IMG/VR virus record: IMGVR_UViG_3300045988_101439
Direction: 5' to 3' (one strand)
Length of the DNA: 41,938 bases
Source: a virus
The notes below the pieces were generated by a model. The model had not been told where the DNA came from, made no database searches, and saw only the letters and a list, made by a program, of their open reading frames with translations. Every line of letters starts with the position of its first letter. Position 1 is the first letter of the stretch. The translations under genes and the position numbers were made by a program. Shown here one piece after another: positions 1-8,619 of this stretch.

Positions 1-55
1 ATTGCCCTGCGGGGATTGTGCGGTTGTTTGGTGGACAGGAAGTGTCTGGCGCGTG
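1..55. repeat. 55-bp terminal direct repeat, identical to 41884-41938. It is most simply an assembly overlap of a circular or circularly permuted genome.
   Basis: Base-by-base comparison shows attgccctgcggggattgtgcggttgtttggtggacaggaagtgtctggcgcgtg at both ends. Confidence 0.95.
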
Positions 56-154
56 AGATGGGATGCAACCCAGCTTGACAGGGAGCCTACACACTGGATG
101 CCACTTCCAGCACTGCCTGACCGCCGCCCGCCGGAGGGAGAGGAGGAACCGTGA
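56..154 (+). CDS. DUF551-like phage protein, 3' part of a junction-spanning ORF. The 5' part is at 41702-41938.
   Basis: The frame that is open at 41938 continues at 56 after the duplicated 55 bp is removed. It reads ...RWDATQLDREPTHWMPLPALP... and stops at TGA 152-154, which overlaps the next ATG. Confidence 0.65.
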   Translation, partial: RWDATQLDREPTHWMPLPALPDRRPPEGEEEP

Positions 155-585
155 TGGACATTGAAAAGCTGATTGAGCGCCTGAAAGCAAAAGATTTTGA
201 AAGGGATTATGATTGTACCCCGTTTGAATGCGGCGTATTTGGCCTGTTGGATGACGCCGCCACCGCCCTCTCCACGTTCCAGGCCGAAAACGAGAGACTG
301 AAAAACAAATTGTCCGAATTGGCACACTTGCCGTTTGACAAGCCTGGAATCGGAGAGCGAACAAAGCTGATGGTCGAAAATGCAGAACTGCGGGCCGAAC
401 TGGAGCAGGTGAAGCGGGAGAGGGATGTTGCAATAGAGCAACTGCACGGCCATTGTCCAGCTTGCGCTCACTACACGCCAAATCATAATGAGGGGCTATG
501 CCGATTTTGTTGTTTTGAGATCGCACAGGACACAAATGTAGAGATTAATGATAACTGGAAATGGCGTGGCCCGAAGGAGGTGTGA
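154..585 (+). CDS. Hypothetical phage protein with a coiled-coil middle and a Cys/His-rich C-terminus.
   Basis: AGGAGG at 141-146 lies 7 nt upstream of ATG 154; GTG 151 is an alternative start. CPAC...CRFCC motifs are present. The start overlaps the upstream stop (TGATG). Confidence 0.65.
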   Translation: MDIEKLIERLKAKDFERDYDCTPFECGVFGLLDDAATALSTFQAENERLKNKLSELAHLPFDKPGIGERTKLMVENAELRAELEQVKRERDVAIEQLHGHCPACAHYTPNHNEGLCRFCCFEIAQDTNVEINDNWKWRGPKEV

Positions 586-632
586 GCATATGCCGTTATG
601 GTTTTTGAAATATTTGAAGGGGAGGGCTGACC

Positions 633-1040
633 ATGAAGCGGCTGACAACATATAGAGCAGATGGAAGGGCGGCTATTGCCAACAACGAAAATGCAACGCC
701 GAAACAGAAGGTGCTCAAGATACCGAAAGTGATTGACCGCCTCGCCGCCATCGAGGACATCCTGGGCGACAAGTACAACCTTGACCGGCTTCAAGAACTC
801 AAACAGGCCGACGATGAGGGGCGGTGCGTGGTGCTACCTAAAGATAGAATGGTTTATTTCCATGAAGAATCTATTGACAGCGGTGAAAAGTGGGTTGGAA
901 ATTGGCCGATAAAAGACATTCTTTTAAAATGCGGTTTTGGAATAGCTTCTTTGACCTATTCCATCCGGGATGTAGGGAACAAAATCTATTTCGACCGAAA
1001 TGAGGCCCAGGCCGCACTACGGAGGGAGCAGGATGGATGA
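633..1040 (+). CDS. Hypothetical phage protein.
   Basis: An ATG is preceded by GGGGAGGG. The ORF is tightly packed with its neighbours and overlaps the next ORF. Confidence 0.6.
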   Translation: MKRLTTYRADGRAAIANNENATPKQKVLKIPKVIDRLAAIEDILGDKYNLDRLQELKQADDEGRCVVLPKDRMVYFHEESIDSGEKWVGNWPIKDILLKCGFGIASLTYSIRDVGNKIYFDRNEAQAALRREQDG

Positions 1041-1206
1041 TTTTAGAAAGTGCAATTTCTGTCAGCACTATGATGAATACGAAGGCTGTGAGTGGGGTTG
1101 TGACAATTACGAAGATTTTAAGCCTGCAAAGTGGCGCATGGTCGAGTTTGCAAAAAAGCATGACATTTCTGTTGCAGACCTAATTGCACTGATTGAAATG
1201 GGGTGA
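1033..1206 (+). CDS. Small Cys-rich hypothetical protein.
   Basis: The internal ATG at 1033 is preceded by GGAGGGAG. The N-terminal extension on the ORF track (from 1000) has no RBS. A CNFCQH...CEWGC motif is present. Confidence 0.6.
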   Translation: MDDFRKCNFCQHYDEYEGCEWGCDNYEDFKPAKWRMVEFAKKHDISVADLIALIEMG

Positions 1207-1212
1207 GTCAGA

Positions 1213-1524
1213 ATGAAGGAGTACATCGAGAGAGCAGCGGCTCTTGATATCTGCCAGAAAGAATATGAAGAGCGGCTTAGAATGGCCGACTATTGCGGCG
1301 ATACTGTAGTCTGGAATATTGGGGGAGCAATCAAAAGCCTCCCCGCCGCCGACGTTGCGGAGGTGCGGCACGGAAAGATTATAGAGACTATCAAAGATGG
1401 CAAAATGAATCGAGTGTTCTCATGCTGTGGACATGATTTTACGGAATTAACATGCTGGTATATGCCAAAATACTGCCCCAACTGCGGCGCTTTGATGAAG
1501 GAGGACGAGCATGAGGCTGGGTGA
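1213..1524 (+). CDS. Hypothetical protein with a C-terminal zinc-ribbon-like CC...CPNC motif.
   Basis: An RBS-like GGGTGAG lies upstream. CxxC pairs are present and the 3' end overlaps the next ORF. Confidence 0.65.
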   Translation: MKEYIERAAALDICQKEYEERLRMADYCGDTVVWNIGGAIKSLPAADVAEVRHGKIIETIKDGKMNRVFSCCGHDFTELTCWYMPKYCPNCGALMKEDEHEAG

Positions 1525-1840
1525 TTTAGAAGTCGCAAGGAGATTGCTGTTAAACTATTATCCCTGTGTCAATGAGGATACGCACAAGAGCAACTACATG
1601 GGCGACACGCTCATGTCCTATGAAGTGGCGGATATGATTGAGGATTGCATTGAGAACACTCCCACCATCGACGCCGTTCCTGTGGTAAGGTGTAAAGAGT
1701 GCAAATACAAAGATGAATGTATTCGCCGCATTGAATTTATTGGGAGAAATCCTGTGCTTGAGCAAAACACTTACGAATATCATCCGCTGGAGTTTTGTTC
1801 TTACGGACAGCGAAAAGAGGACAAGTATGAAGTTAATTGA
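1511..1840 (+). CDS. Hypothetical protein, paralogous to 1827-2102.
   Basis: GAAGGAGG lies upstream of the ATG. It shares the motif PTIDAVPVVRC(K/A)(E/R)C with the next ORF. Confidence 0.65.
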   Translation: MRLGDLEVARRLLLNYYPCVNEDTHKSNYMGDTLMSYEVADMIEDCIENTPTIDAVPVVRCKECKYKDECIRRIEFIGRNPVLEQNTYEYHPLEFCSYGQRKEDKYEVN

Positions 1841-2102
1841 TGCAGACAAACTGCTTTACCACAAAAGAAAGGTTATGTTTTTTGGATTGGTCCCAGATGA
1901 TGAGTGCTGGGGGTTCGCTGTGCCTGTGGAAGAAATTGATAAGGCTCCCACTATTGATGCCGTTCCTGTGGTCAGGTGCGCCCGATGCAGGCACGGAGAA
2001 GCATTCAAAACCTTCCCCGGCGGGATATTCTGCCCATACATCAAGGATACGGTCCCACCAGATGGATATTGCTACATGGGGGAGGAAAACCCCCATGACT
2101 AA
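1827..2102 (+). CDS. Hypothetical protein, paralogous to 1511-1840.
   Basis: The internal ATG at 1827 follows AAGAGGA. The protein contains APTIDAVPVVRCARC. The track ORF from 1713 is an unlikely extension. Confidence 0.65.
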   Translation: MKLIDADKLLYHKRKVMFFGLVPDDECWGFAVPVEEIDKAPTIDAVPVVRCARCRHGEAFKTFPGGIFCPYIKDTVPPDGYCYMGEENPHD

Positions 2103-2244
2103 GTGCTGCGCCACCTGCGCCTGGTACGAGGACTTCCAGGGCGTGTGCTTCAACGGGGATTCGCCGTACTGCGCCGACTTCACGGAGCCGGATCAGCGGT
2201 GCAGGGAGTGGGAAAGGAAGGAAGAAGATTATGTTAAAAAATAA
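2095..2244 (+). CDS. Small Cys-rich protein (49 aa).
   Basis: GGGGGAGGAAAACCCCC precedes ATG 2095. The sequence reads MTKCCATCAWYEDFQGVCFNGDSPYCADF. Confidence 0.55.
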   Translation: MTKCCATCAWYEDFQGVCFNGDSPYCADFTEPDQRCREWERKEEDYVKK

Positions 2245-2554
2245 TCGCCCATTTACAAACGAAAATGGATTTATTGATGCAGGCTTGATAACAGATAAGG
2301 ACCCAGAAGAAATGGAAGAGGTTTTCAAATGGATACACGAAAAACTAATACCAAGAAAGACCCACTTGACTGGGAGAAGCAGTTATGGAATAAAGCACAT
2401 CTTAGAGAGAGACACTGGGATTTATTTAACAAACAATGAATTCAAGGACGCAATGTTACTATGCGGTTATTCTCCGGTTGACCCAAACGAATTGAATTGG
2501 GAATATTGCATTAGCAAAAAGTCACCAGCATTTGCTTCTAGGAAAGGTGTGTGA
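2231..2554 (+). CDS. Hypothetical protein in a visibly AT-richer segment.
   Basis: A GGAAGGAAG RBS is present, and the composition differs from the flanking DNA. Confidence 0.6.
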   Translation: MLKNNRPFTNENGFIDAGLITDKDPEEMEEVFKWIHEKLIPRKTHLTGRSSYGIKHILERDTGIYLTNNEFKDAMLLCGYSPVDPNELNWEYCISKKSPAFASRKGV

Positions 2555-2562
2555 GGACTACG

Positions 2563-3198
2563 ATGAAGTTTCGAAACCCTGAGACGGGGGAAGTGTTTGA
2601 TGTCAGAACGGGTGTAGAAAGGTTTTGCTACGGAAAAGAGTGTGACACTTGCCCCATGTACAACAGATGCCCTAACGATTTTTGCAGTGAATGGGCTGTC
2701 GATCATCCCCACGAAGCCGCCCGCCTGATGGGTTATGAGGTGGTGGAGGATGAAAAGGAGGAAGCCAACATGGACAAGCCGAGAATTTGCGAGGTGCTGG
2801 GGGTTGAGGTGGATGAAGAGTGGACCGTTTCTGGAAATGACATAGCGATTTACAGAGTAAGCGGTGGTGTCGCTTTAGAGTATGCTATGCCCAAATATAA
2901 CGGAGATGGATATGGGAAATGGCTTCCTGCCGGTATGCCTTGCCTTGTTGATTTCATCAACCACCCAGACCGCATCATCCGCAAGCCCCGCTTCACCCAG
3001 CAGGAGGTGGAACTTTTTAGGGCAATTCAAGTGCTTTACCCTAAAGCGGAGTATGTAGAAAGGATTAAGGATAGCGGAGTAATCGGATTGAGTAACAATA
3101 CATGTGGATGGATAATGGACATTGATAAAGACTTGTTCCCGGCCCTCCGCCCCGGCGAATCCGTCAAGCTGGACGAGATCATCGGAGGTGCCCAATGA
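2563..3198 (+). CDS. Hypothetical phage protein.
   Basis: GTGAGGA lies 5 nt before ATG 2563; ATG 2551 is an alternative start. The stop overlaps the next start (ATGA). Confidence 0.65.
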   Translation: MKFRNPETGEVFDVRTGVERFCYGKECDTCPMYNRCPNDFCSEWAVDHPHEAARLMGYEVVEDEKEEANMDKPRICEVLGVEVDEEWTVSGNDIAIYRVSGGVALEYAMPKYNGDGYGKWLPAGMPCLVDFINHPDRIIRKPRFTQQEVELFRAIQVLYPKAEYVERIKDSGVIGLSNNTCGWIMDIDKDLFPALRPGESVKLDEIIGGAQ

Positions 3199-3596
3199 GA
3201 GAAATCCTTTTCAAAGCCAAGCGGCTGGATAATGGAGAGTGGGTGGAGGGGTGGTACTGTGAGTATCCATTTAGACGATGGCCGCTTAAACCGACAATTA
3301 TTCCTGCCCAATTGGCTATTGATGGAACCTTTGAATTTGTCGATGTTGACCCCTCCACGGTCTGCCAGTATACCGGCATGACCGACAAGAACGGGAAGAA
3401 GATTTTTGAGGGGGATATCATCCGTTGGACTAACTGGAAGGACGAGCAAAAGGAAGCCCCCGTATGCTATGACCCAGAGTGGAATAGATTTTGCGTTTGG
3501 CTGAATGGCGCTGAAAGTATGGGCGTAAACAAGCACCTTTCAACAAGCGGAATTGAGATCGTTGGCTCCATCCACGACGGGGAGGGCGGACATTGA
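3195..3596 (+). CDS. YopX family protein.
   Basis: It has an N-terminal ILFKAKRLDNGEWVEGWY, then QYTGMTDKNGKKIFEGDII, and a C-terminal IEIVGSIHD. This is the typical YopX pattern. Confidence 0.8.
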   Translation: MREILFKAKRLDNGEWVEGWYCEYPFRRWPLKPTIIPAQLAIDGTFEFVDVDPSTVCQYTGMTDKNGKKIFEGDIIRWTNWKDEQKEAPVCYDPEWNRFCVWLNGAESMGVNKHLSTSGIEIVGSIHDGEGGH

Positions 3597-3916
3597 AGCC
3601 AAATGCTTTGATATCCAAGATAGAGGCCAAATATAACGCTCTTTTCCATCTGAAAATGGACATGCTGATGCAGATGGGACAAGATGCTGCCATGATTGCC
3701 GCTCACGAGGTCCTCCAGCTTGGCCCCGGTAGGTCTGAGGCTTTCTGCACCGCATACATAGAAGCCATGAACGGTATGGCACGGATGGTCTGTGAGGATC
3801 AGCAGGACGATGGTGAGTTCGTCTATGCCAAAGCAAAGATTGACGAGCAGATCAGGGCCATTGTTGGAGATGACCTGTTTAAACCCTGGGAGGAGAGATA
3901 TGGTCGAAATCTGTAA
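3593..3916 (+). CDS. Hypothetical phage protein.
   Basis: The TTG start overlaps the YopX stop and GGAGGG lies upstream. Confidence 0.6.
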   Translation: MKPNALISKIEAKYNALFHLKMDMLMQMGQDAAMIAAHEVLQLGPGRSEAFCTAYIEAMNGMARMVCEDQQDDGEFVYAKAKIDEQIRAIVGDDLFKPWEERYGRNL

Positions 3917-4100
3917 CAAGGAGAAAACTTGCGTCTACTGGCGAGGTATCAATAATTCCAAGGATGCGCCCTTTTGCAACCATCTATTAGATACTGGATG
4001 CCGTAGGGTGGGAGACGTGGACCACTGTGAATCCAAGGAAATAGGAAAGCGGAAAAAAAGAGTATCCTTTGACTGCCCTCTGGAACAGCAGGGATTATAA
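3900..4100 (+). CDS. Small Cys-rich hypothetical protein.
   Basis: GGGAGGAGAGAT directly precedes the internal ATG at 3900. The longer track ORF from 3792 overlaps the previous gene. Confidence 0.5.
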   Translation: MVEICNKEKTCVYWRGINNSKDAPFCNHLLDTGCRRVGDVDHCESKEIGKRKKRVSFDCPLEQQGL

Positions 4101-4113
4101 GGATGGTGATAGG

Positions 4114-4344
4114 ATGGACGAGTTTCCAGAGCGGCTAAGAAGGTTAAGGGAGTCTATGAGGCCGGTCAGGAGCATGACGGTTACATCACAGCTAATGGGT
4201 CTGCACCCTGATATGTTGAGGCGGTATGAGCGTGGAGAAGTAGAGCCGTCAATGGACGCATTATATAAGATTGCTGATTATTACGGTGTCAGCACAGATT
4301 ACTTGATGGGTCGAACAAACTTCCCGTTTGTGCGTAGACTATAA
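4114..4344 (+). CDS. XRE-family helix-turn-helix DNA-binding protein.
   Basis: The protein reads FPERLRRLRE...MTVTSQLMGLHPDMLRRYERGEVEPSMDALYKIADYYGVSTDYLMGRTN, a classic HTH_3 fold ending in DYLxGRT. Confidence 0.8.
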   Translation: MDEFPERLRRLRESMRPVRSMTVTSQLMGLHPDMLRRYERGEVEPSMDALYKIADYYGVSTDYLMGRTNFPFVRRL

Positions 4345-4355
4345 TCTTTTATCAT

Positions 4356-4395
4356 CTCAAAAAAATAAGAAAATATCTCCCACAAAAGTGGGAGA
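4356..4395 (-). terminator. Perfect 8-bp hairpin tctcccac-aaaa-gtgggaga whose T-tract is on the minus strand only. It could be a minus-oriented intrinsic terminator or a palindromic operator.
   Basis: The stem is 4376-4383 paired with 4388-4395. The plus-strand A-rich run 4358-4375 becomes UAUUUUCUUAUUUUUUU on the minus strand. Confidence 0.4.
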
Positions 4396-4983
4396 CAAAG
4401 CCGACGATTATGCGACAATGGGAGTGTGGGGGCGTATACACCTGCGCTCCCATTCGCTTCTTCTATTTCCTCCTCAACCCCGGCGCTTGCCGGGGTACAT
4501 ACGCCGCACGAGCGCATCAGCCCACACATCCGGGCCGGAGGGTCTCGCCCTCCATGCGGCAAACACATCAAGCCCCTTGCGGGCACTAGACAAACCGCTC
4601 CAAAGGCCAAGGAGCTGACTGTGGAAAGACACTACACCAGATTGCAGGAGCGTCTAAGCACTGGGAAGAGTAAGATGCCCGCCTGTCATGGAGGCGGAAG
4701 CGGTGGCAGCTATGACCTGCCCCGGCGCTATCCCGCTGAAAACTACCGGCATTAGTACTGGTTGATAATCTAAGCGGGAAGCGCATATACGCCGCTCCTC
4801 GCCGCATGAGGCGGGCGGTGGCACCAAAGTCCGGTAGCATAGTTGCTTTAAAATAGGCCGGGCGAGCAGGCCCGCGGAAAGCCTGACCAAACCCGGAGCA
4901 TACCCCGGAAGGGGTATATATGCCGTGCCTCGTTGCGGGAGATGGGGGCGGGACATTCTGCAATAACAGGAGAAAAATTGACC
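4396..4983. other. ORF-free, GC-rich, hairpin-dense region. It is a candidate large structured RNA, late-operon leader and/or packaging (cos) recognition region.
   Basis: Only compositionally implausible ORFs occur on either strand. It contains many perfect hairpins, a recurring motif GGGGTAYATAYGCCG (3-4 copies), and long-range complementarities. Confidence 0.5.
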
Positions 4984-5292
4984 ATGGCGCGAGATTTTGC
5001 AAAACCATTTTATAATTCAGCGGCATGGAGGAAGTGCCGTGCGGCATTTATCAAGGAGCGAGTGCGGATAGACGGCGGGGTGTGCCAAAGATGCGGGCAA
5101 GAGCTTGGATATATTGTGCATCACAAGATATGGCTGACGCCTGAAAATATTAACGATCCGGAAATAACGCTGAATCAAAGCAATTTAGAGTATGTTGGCC
5201 TGGTGTGTCACAACAAGATAGAAGAAGGGGAAGAAGCACCACGATATCGCTTTACCCCGGACGGACAGGTAGAGGCATACTCCCCCCCATAA
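4984..5292 (+). CDS. Phage HNH endonuclease of the terminase-associated type.
   Basis: It contains CQRCG...HHK...N...CHNK. Its position immediately upstream of terS/terL matches HNH-dependent cos packaging modules. Confidence 0.85.
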   Translation: MARDFAKPFYNSAAWRKCRAAFIKERVRIDGGVCQRCGQELGYIVHHKIWLTPENINDPEITLNQSNLEYVGLVCHNKIEEGEEAPRYRFTPDGQVEAYSPP

Positions 5293-5379
5293 AAGGGTAG
5301 GGGGCTGAAAAACGTGAGACCGAGCGCCAGCCTCCAAAGAACACACGGGCCCTACATGAATTTTTTTGGAAAGGTGATC

Positions 5380-5736
5380 ATGAGAAAATCGCAAGAAAAA
5401 AGCAATATAGACAGATTGCGCTCCATGGCTGAAGATCATGGCGTGGGGGAAAATGCGCTTTTCCTGACCACACTTGACCGATATATCGTCCAGCAGAGGA
5501 TCATCGATATGATCCGGGAGGAGTTAGATAAATCTGATACGACGGTAAGCAAGGAATATGTAAAAGGGCGCGAGAACGTCTACGCTCACCCGCTGGTAAA
5601 GGAACTTCCCAAGCATTCGGACAGCGCAAACAAAACGGCGGATCTGTTGTTGAAGATTATCACGTCACTGGGAGAAGTACAGGCAGAAACAGGCGATGGG
5701 TTTGAGAGCTTTGTGGAAGGGCGGGAGGATGCTTAA
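5380..5736 (+). CDS. Terminase small subunit (P27-like), called mainly from position.
   Basis: ATG 5380 follows GGAAAGGTGATC. The stop overlaps the terL ATG. Size and position are typical for a small terminase subunit. Confidence 0.6.
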   Translation: MRKSQEKSNIDRLRSMAEDHGVGENALFLTTLDRYIVQQRIIDMIREELDKSDTTVSKEYVKGRENVYAHPLVKELPKHSDSANKTADLLLKIITSLGEVQAETGDGFESFVEGREDA

Positions 5737-7436
5737 TGGCCGGGAAGCTGGTCAGATATCCTTCGGACTATAACCCTGTTTTGGAATATTGGGAAGCCAT
5801 AGAGAGCGGCAGGGAAACCGTGTGTGCCAAAGTGCGGAAGACCTACGAAAAGCTGGTACAGGACCTGAACAATAGCGATAGCCCATATTTTTACAGCCCA
5901 AAACGTGCCAACCATGTTATCGAGTTCTTTGAAAACTACTGCCACCACTCAAAAGGAGCTGTAGGCGGGCAAAGGGTCATTTTGGAATTATGGGAGAAAG
6001 CCCTGTTGGCGGCAGTGTTCGGGTTCATCGACATTGAGGGGAACCGAAAGTACCGGGAGGCTATGTTGATCGTCGGCAAGAAGAACGGGAAAAGCCTGTT
6101 GGGCTCCGGAGTGGGATTGTATCTTCAAGTAGGAGACGGGGAGGCGGGACCCGAGGTCTACGCCGTGGCGACCAAAAAGGACCAGGCAAAAATTATTTGG
6201 ACAGAAGCCAAACGTATGGTCCGAAAATCTCCGGCGCTACTGAAACGGATCAAACCGCTGACGCATGAATTATCAAGCGAGGAGTATAACGACGGAGTAT
6301 TTAAGCCGCTGGCCTCGGACAGTGATACATTGGATGGGCTGAACGTCCATGGATGTCTTATGGACGAGATCCATCAATGGAAGAATGGGAAAGCTCTGTT
6401 CGACATTATGGCGGACGGGACCACCGCACGGGAACAGCCCCTGGTATTTATTACTTCGACTGCCGGGACCATCCGGGAGGATATCTATGACGAGAAGTAT
6501 GAATATGCCGAGCGCGTGATCAATGGGTATGGAGACCCGGATGGATATCACGATGAACACTTTATTGCATTTATCTACGAGCTGGATAGCCGCAGGGAAT
6601 GGACGGACCCGGCTTGCTGGAAAAAAGCAAATCCGGGATTGGGTACGATCAAACGGTTGGACCAGCTGGAAGCCAAAGTGGAAAAGGCGAAGGCAAACCC
6701 GAATCTTGTCAAGAACTTAGTTTGCAAGGAGTTTAATATTCGGGAAACCAGCTCGGAGGCTTGGCTGACGTTTGAGGAGCTGAACAATACCTCCACGTTT
6801 GATTTGAAGCGGCTAAAGCCTAGATATGGGATCGGGGGAGCAGATCTGTCCTCCACGACTGACCTGACGGCGGCCAAGGTCCTGTTCCAAGTGCCGAGCG
6901 ACGAGCATATCTACGTGCTTTCCATGTACTGGCTTGCCGAGGACTTAGTGGAACAGCGGGTGCATGAGGATAAGATCCCGTACGACCTGTGGATTGACCA
7001 GGGACTGGTAAGGACATGCCCGGGGAACAAGGTACACGCCAAGTATGTGACAAGATGGTTCTTGGAGGTACAAAATGAGCTGGATATTTATATCCCCTGG
7101 ATCGGCTATGACAGTTGGTCGGCCACATATTGGGTAGAGGAGATGGCGGGCCGCTTTGGCGCAGAGGCCATGATCCCGGTCATTCAGGGGAAAAAGACAC
7201 TATCAGCCCCAATGAAGACACTAGGCGCGGATCTTGCCAGCAAGCTGATCGTTTATAACAACAATCCCGTGGACAAATGGTGTCTGGCAAATACCGCCTA
7301 TGAAGAGGACAAAAACGGCAATATCCAGCCCTGTAAGACATCCAAACGGACAAGGCGCATAGACGGGACATCCGCACTGCTGGACGCTTATGTAGTGCTT
7401 CAGGACAAAATAGCGGACTATCAAAGCATGATTTAG
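5736..7436 (+). CDS. terL: Terminase large subunit.
   Basis: The protein is 566 aa with a Walker A-like VGKKNGKS, a DEIHQW Walker B/coupling motif, and a C-terminal nuclease region. It lies next to the portal gene. Confidence 0.95.
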   Translation: MAGKLVRYPSDYNPVLEYWEAIESGRETVCAKVRKTYEKLVQDLNNSDSPYFYSPKRANHVIEFFENYCHHSKGAVGGQRVILELWEKALLAAVFGFIDIEGNRKYREAMLIVGKKNGKSLLGSGVGLYLQVGDGEAGPEVYAVATKKDQAKIIWTEAKRMVRKSPALLKRIKPLTHELSSEEYNDGVFKPLASDSDTLDGLNVHGCLMDEIHQWKNGKALFDIMADGTTAREQPLVFITSTAGTIREDIYDEKYEYAERVINGYGDPDGYHDEHFIAFIYELDSRREWTDPACWKKANPGLGTIKRLDQLEAKVEKAKANPNLVKNLVCKEFNIRETSSEAWLTFEELNNTSTFDLKRLKPRYGIGGADLSSTTDLTAAKVLFQVPSDEHIYVLSMYWLAEDLVEQRVHEDKIPYDLWIDQGLVRTCPGNKVHAKYVTRWFLEVQNELDIYIPWIGYDSWSATYWVEEMAGRFGAEAMIPVIQGKKTLSAPMKTLGADLASKLIVYNNNPVDKWCLANTAYEEDKNGNIQPCKTSKRTRRIDGTSALLDAYVVLQDKIADYQSMI

Positions 7437-7482
7437 GGGGGTGTAGGAGATCGGATTTTTAGACAGGTTTCGGAATCGGAAG

Positions 7483-8619
7483 GTGGAACAGACCCGCCTT
7501 CAGATGGTCCAGGAACGGGGAAACGGCTTTTATGTCTGGAATGGGAAGGTCTATCAGTCAGATATTGTGCGGGCCTGCATCCACCCGAAGGTCAAGGCAG
7601 TCGGGAAGCTGGTAGGAAAGCATCTCCGCCGCTCCATACAGACAAATGGAGACAAGCGGCTCCAGGTGAACCCGGAATTTTATATTCGGCATCTCCTGGA
7701 AGAACCAAACCCATACATGACCGGACAGAAGCTTCAAGAAAAGCTAGCAAACCAGCTGTGCCTAAACAACAACGCATTTGCGGTGATCCTCCGGGATGAT
7801 TTTGATTTTCCAAAAGAAATATACCCCATCCCCGCCCTGTCCGCTGACGCATCATATGACAAGCAGGGGCGGCTCTATCTGAGGTTCCTGTTCCAGAACG
7901 GAAAAAATTACATCTTTCCCTATTCTGATGTTATTCATCTGCGGCAGGACTTTAACGAAAACGATATTTTTGGGGACAGCCCTGCCCCAGCCTTGGCCCC
8001 TCTGATGGAAATTGTCAGCACCACAGATCAGGGGATCGTCAAGGCGATCCGCAATTCCAGTGTGATCCGCTGGCTGCTGCGGTTCAACCAGTCCCTGCGG
8101 CCGGAAGATATCCAGGCGAATGTAAAAGCGTTTGCAGACAATTTCCTTTCGATCGAAAAGGGTGGATACGGGGTGGCCGGGACGGATACCAAGATGGACG
8201 CAACTCAGATAGACCCGAAAGACTATGTGCCTAATGCAGCTCAGATGGACCGGACAACGGCCCGGATCTATTCCCTGTTTGGAACGAATGAGGCGATCGT
8301 CCAGAGCAAATATACCGAGGACCAATGGACCGCATATTATGAGTCGGAAATTGAACCAGTGGTGCTTGAGCTGGGCGGAGAATACACGCGCAAGCTATTC
8401 AGCCAGAGAGAACGAGGACATGGAAACAGTATTGTGTTTGAAGCGTCCAATCTGGCGACGGCAAGTATGGCTACAAAGCTGAACCTGTGCCAGATGGTGG
8501 ACCGAGGGGCATTGACTCCGAATGAATGGAGATCCGTGCTCAATTTGGCCCCGCTGCCGGGCGGGGATCAACCGATTCGGCGGCTGGATACCGCGGCGGT
8601 GGGAGGTGAGAGCGAGTGA
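7483..8619 (+). CDS. Portal protein, HK97 family.
   Basis: The call rests on size, on its position between terL and the prohead protease, and on sequence character. The start is uncertain (GTG 7483 or ATG 7504). Confidence 0.88.
   Translation: MEQTRLQMVQERGNGFYVWNGKVYQSDIVRACIHPKVKAVGKLVGKHLRRSIQTNGDKRLQVNPEFYIRHLLEEPNPYMTGQKLQEKLANQLCLNNNAFAVILRDDFDFPKEIYPIPALSADASYDKQGRLYLRFLFQNGKNYIFPYSDVIHLRQDFNENDIFGDSPAPALAPLMEIVSTTDQGIVKAIRNSSVIRWLLRFNQSLRPEDIQANVKAFADNFLSIEKGGYGVAGTDTKMDATQIDPKDYVPNAAQMDRTTARIYSLFGTNEAIVQSKYTEDQWTAYYESEIEPVVLELGGEYTRKLFSQRERGHGNSIVFEASNLATASMATKLNLCQMVDRGALTPNEWRSVLNLAPLPGGDQPIRRLDTAAVGGESE

Noticed and set aside
4376-4395. Proof of a minus-strand RNA gene in the 4396-4983 region, based on the minus-oriented terminator.
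   Set aside because: I could not find a credible minus-strand promoter anywhere between 4396 and about 5060. The hairpin may instead be a palindromic operator for the adjacent XRE protein or a barrier to antisense read-through. The strand of any RNA here is left open.
4299-5047. Several 90-150-aa ORFs on both strands inside the large intergenic region. They include a 44-codon ORF at 4621-4755 with an AAGGAG-N6-GTG start.
   Set aside because: All are R/P/G/A/S-rich and mutually overlapping, and none shows a recognisable fold motif. The region is better explained as non-coding. The 4621 ORF cannot be excluded without ribosome profiling.
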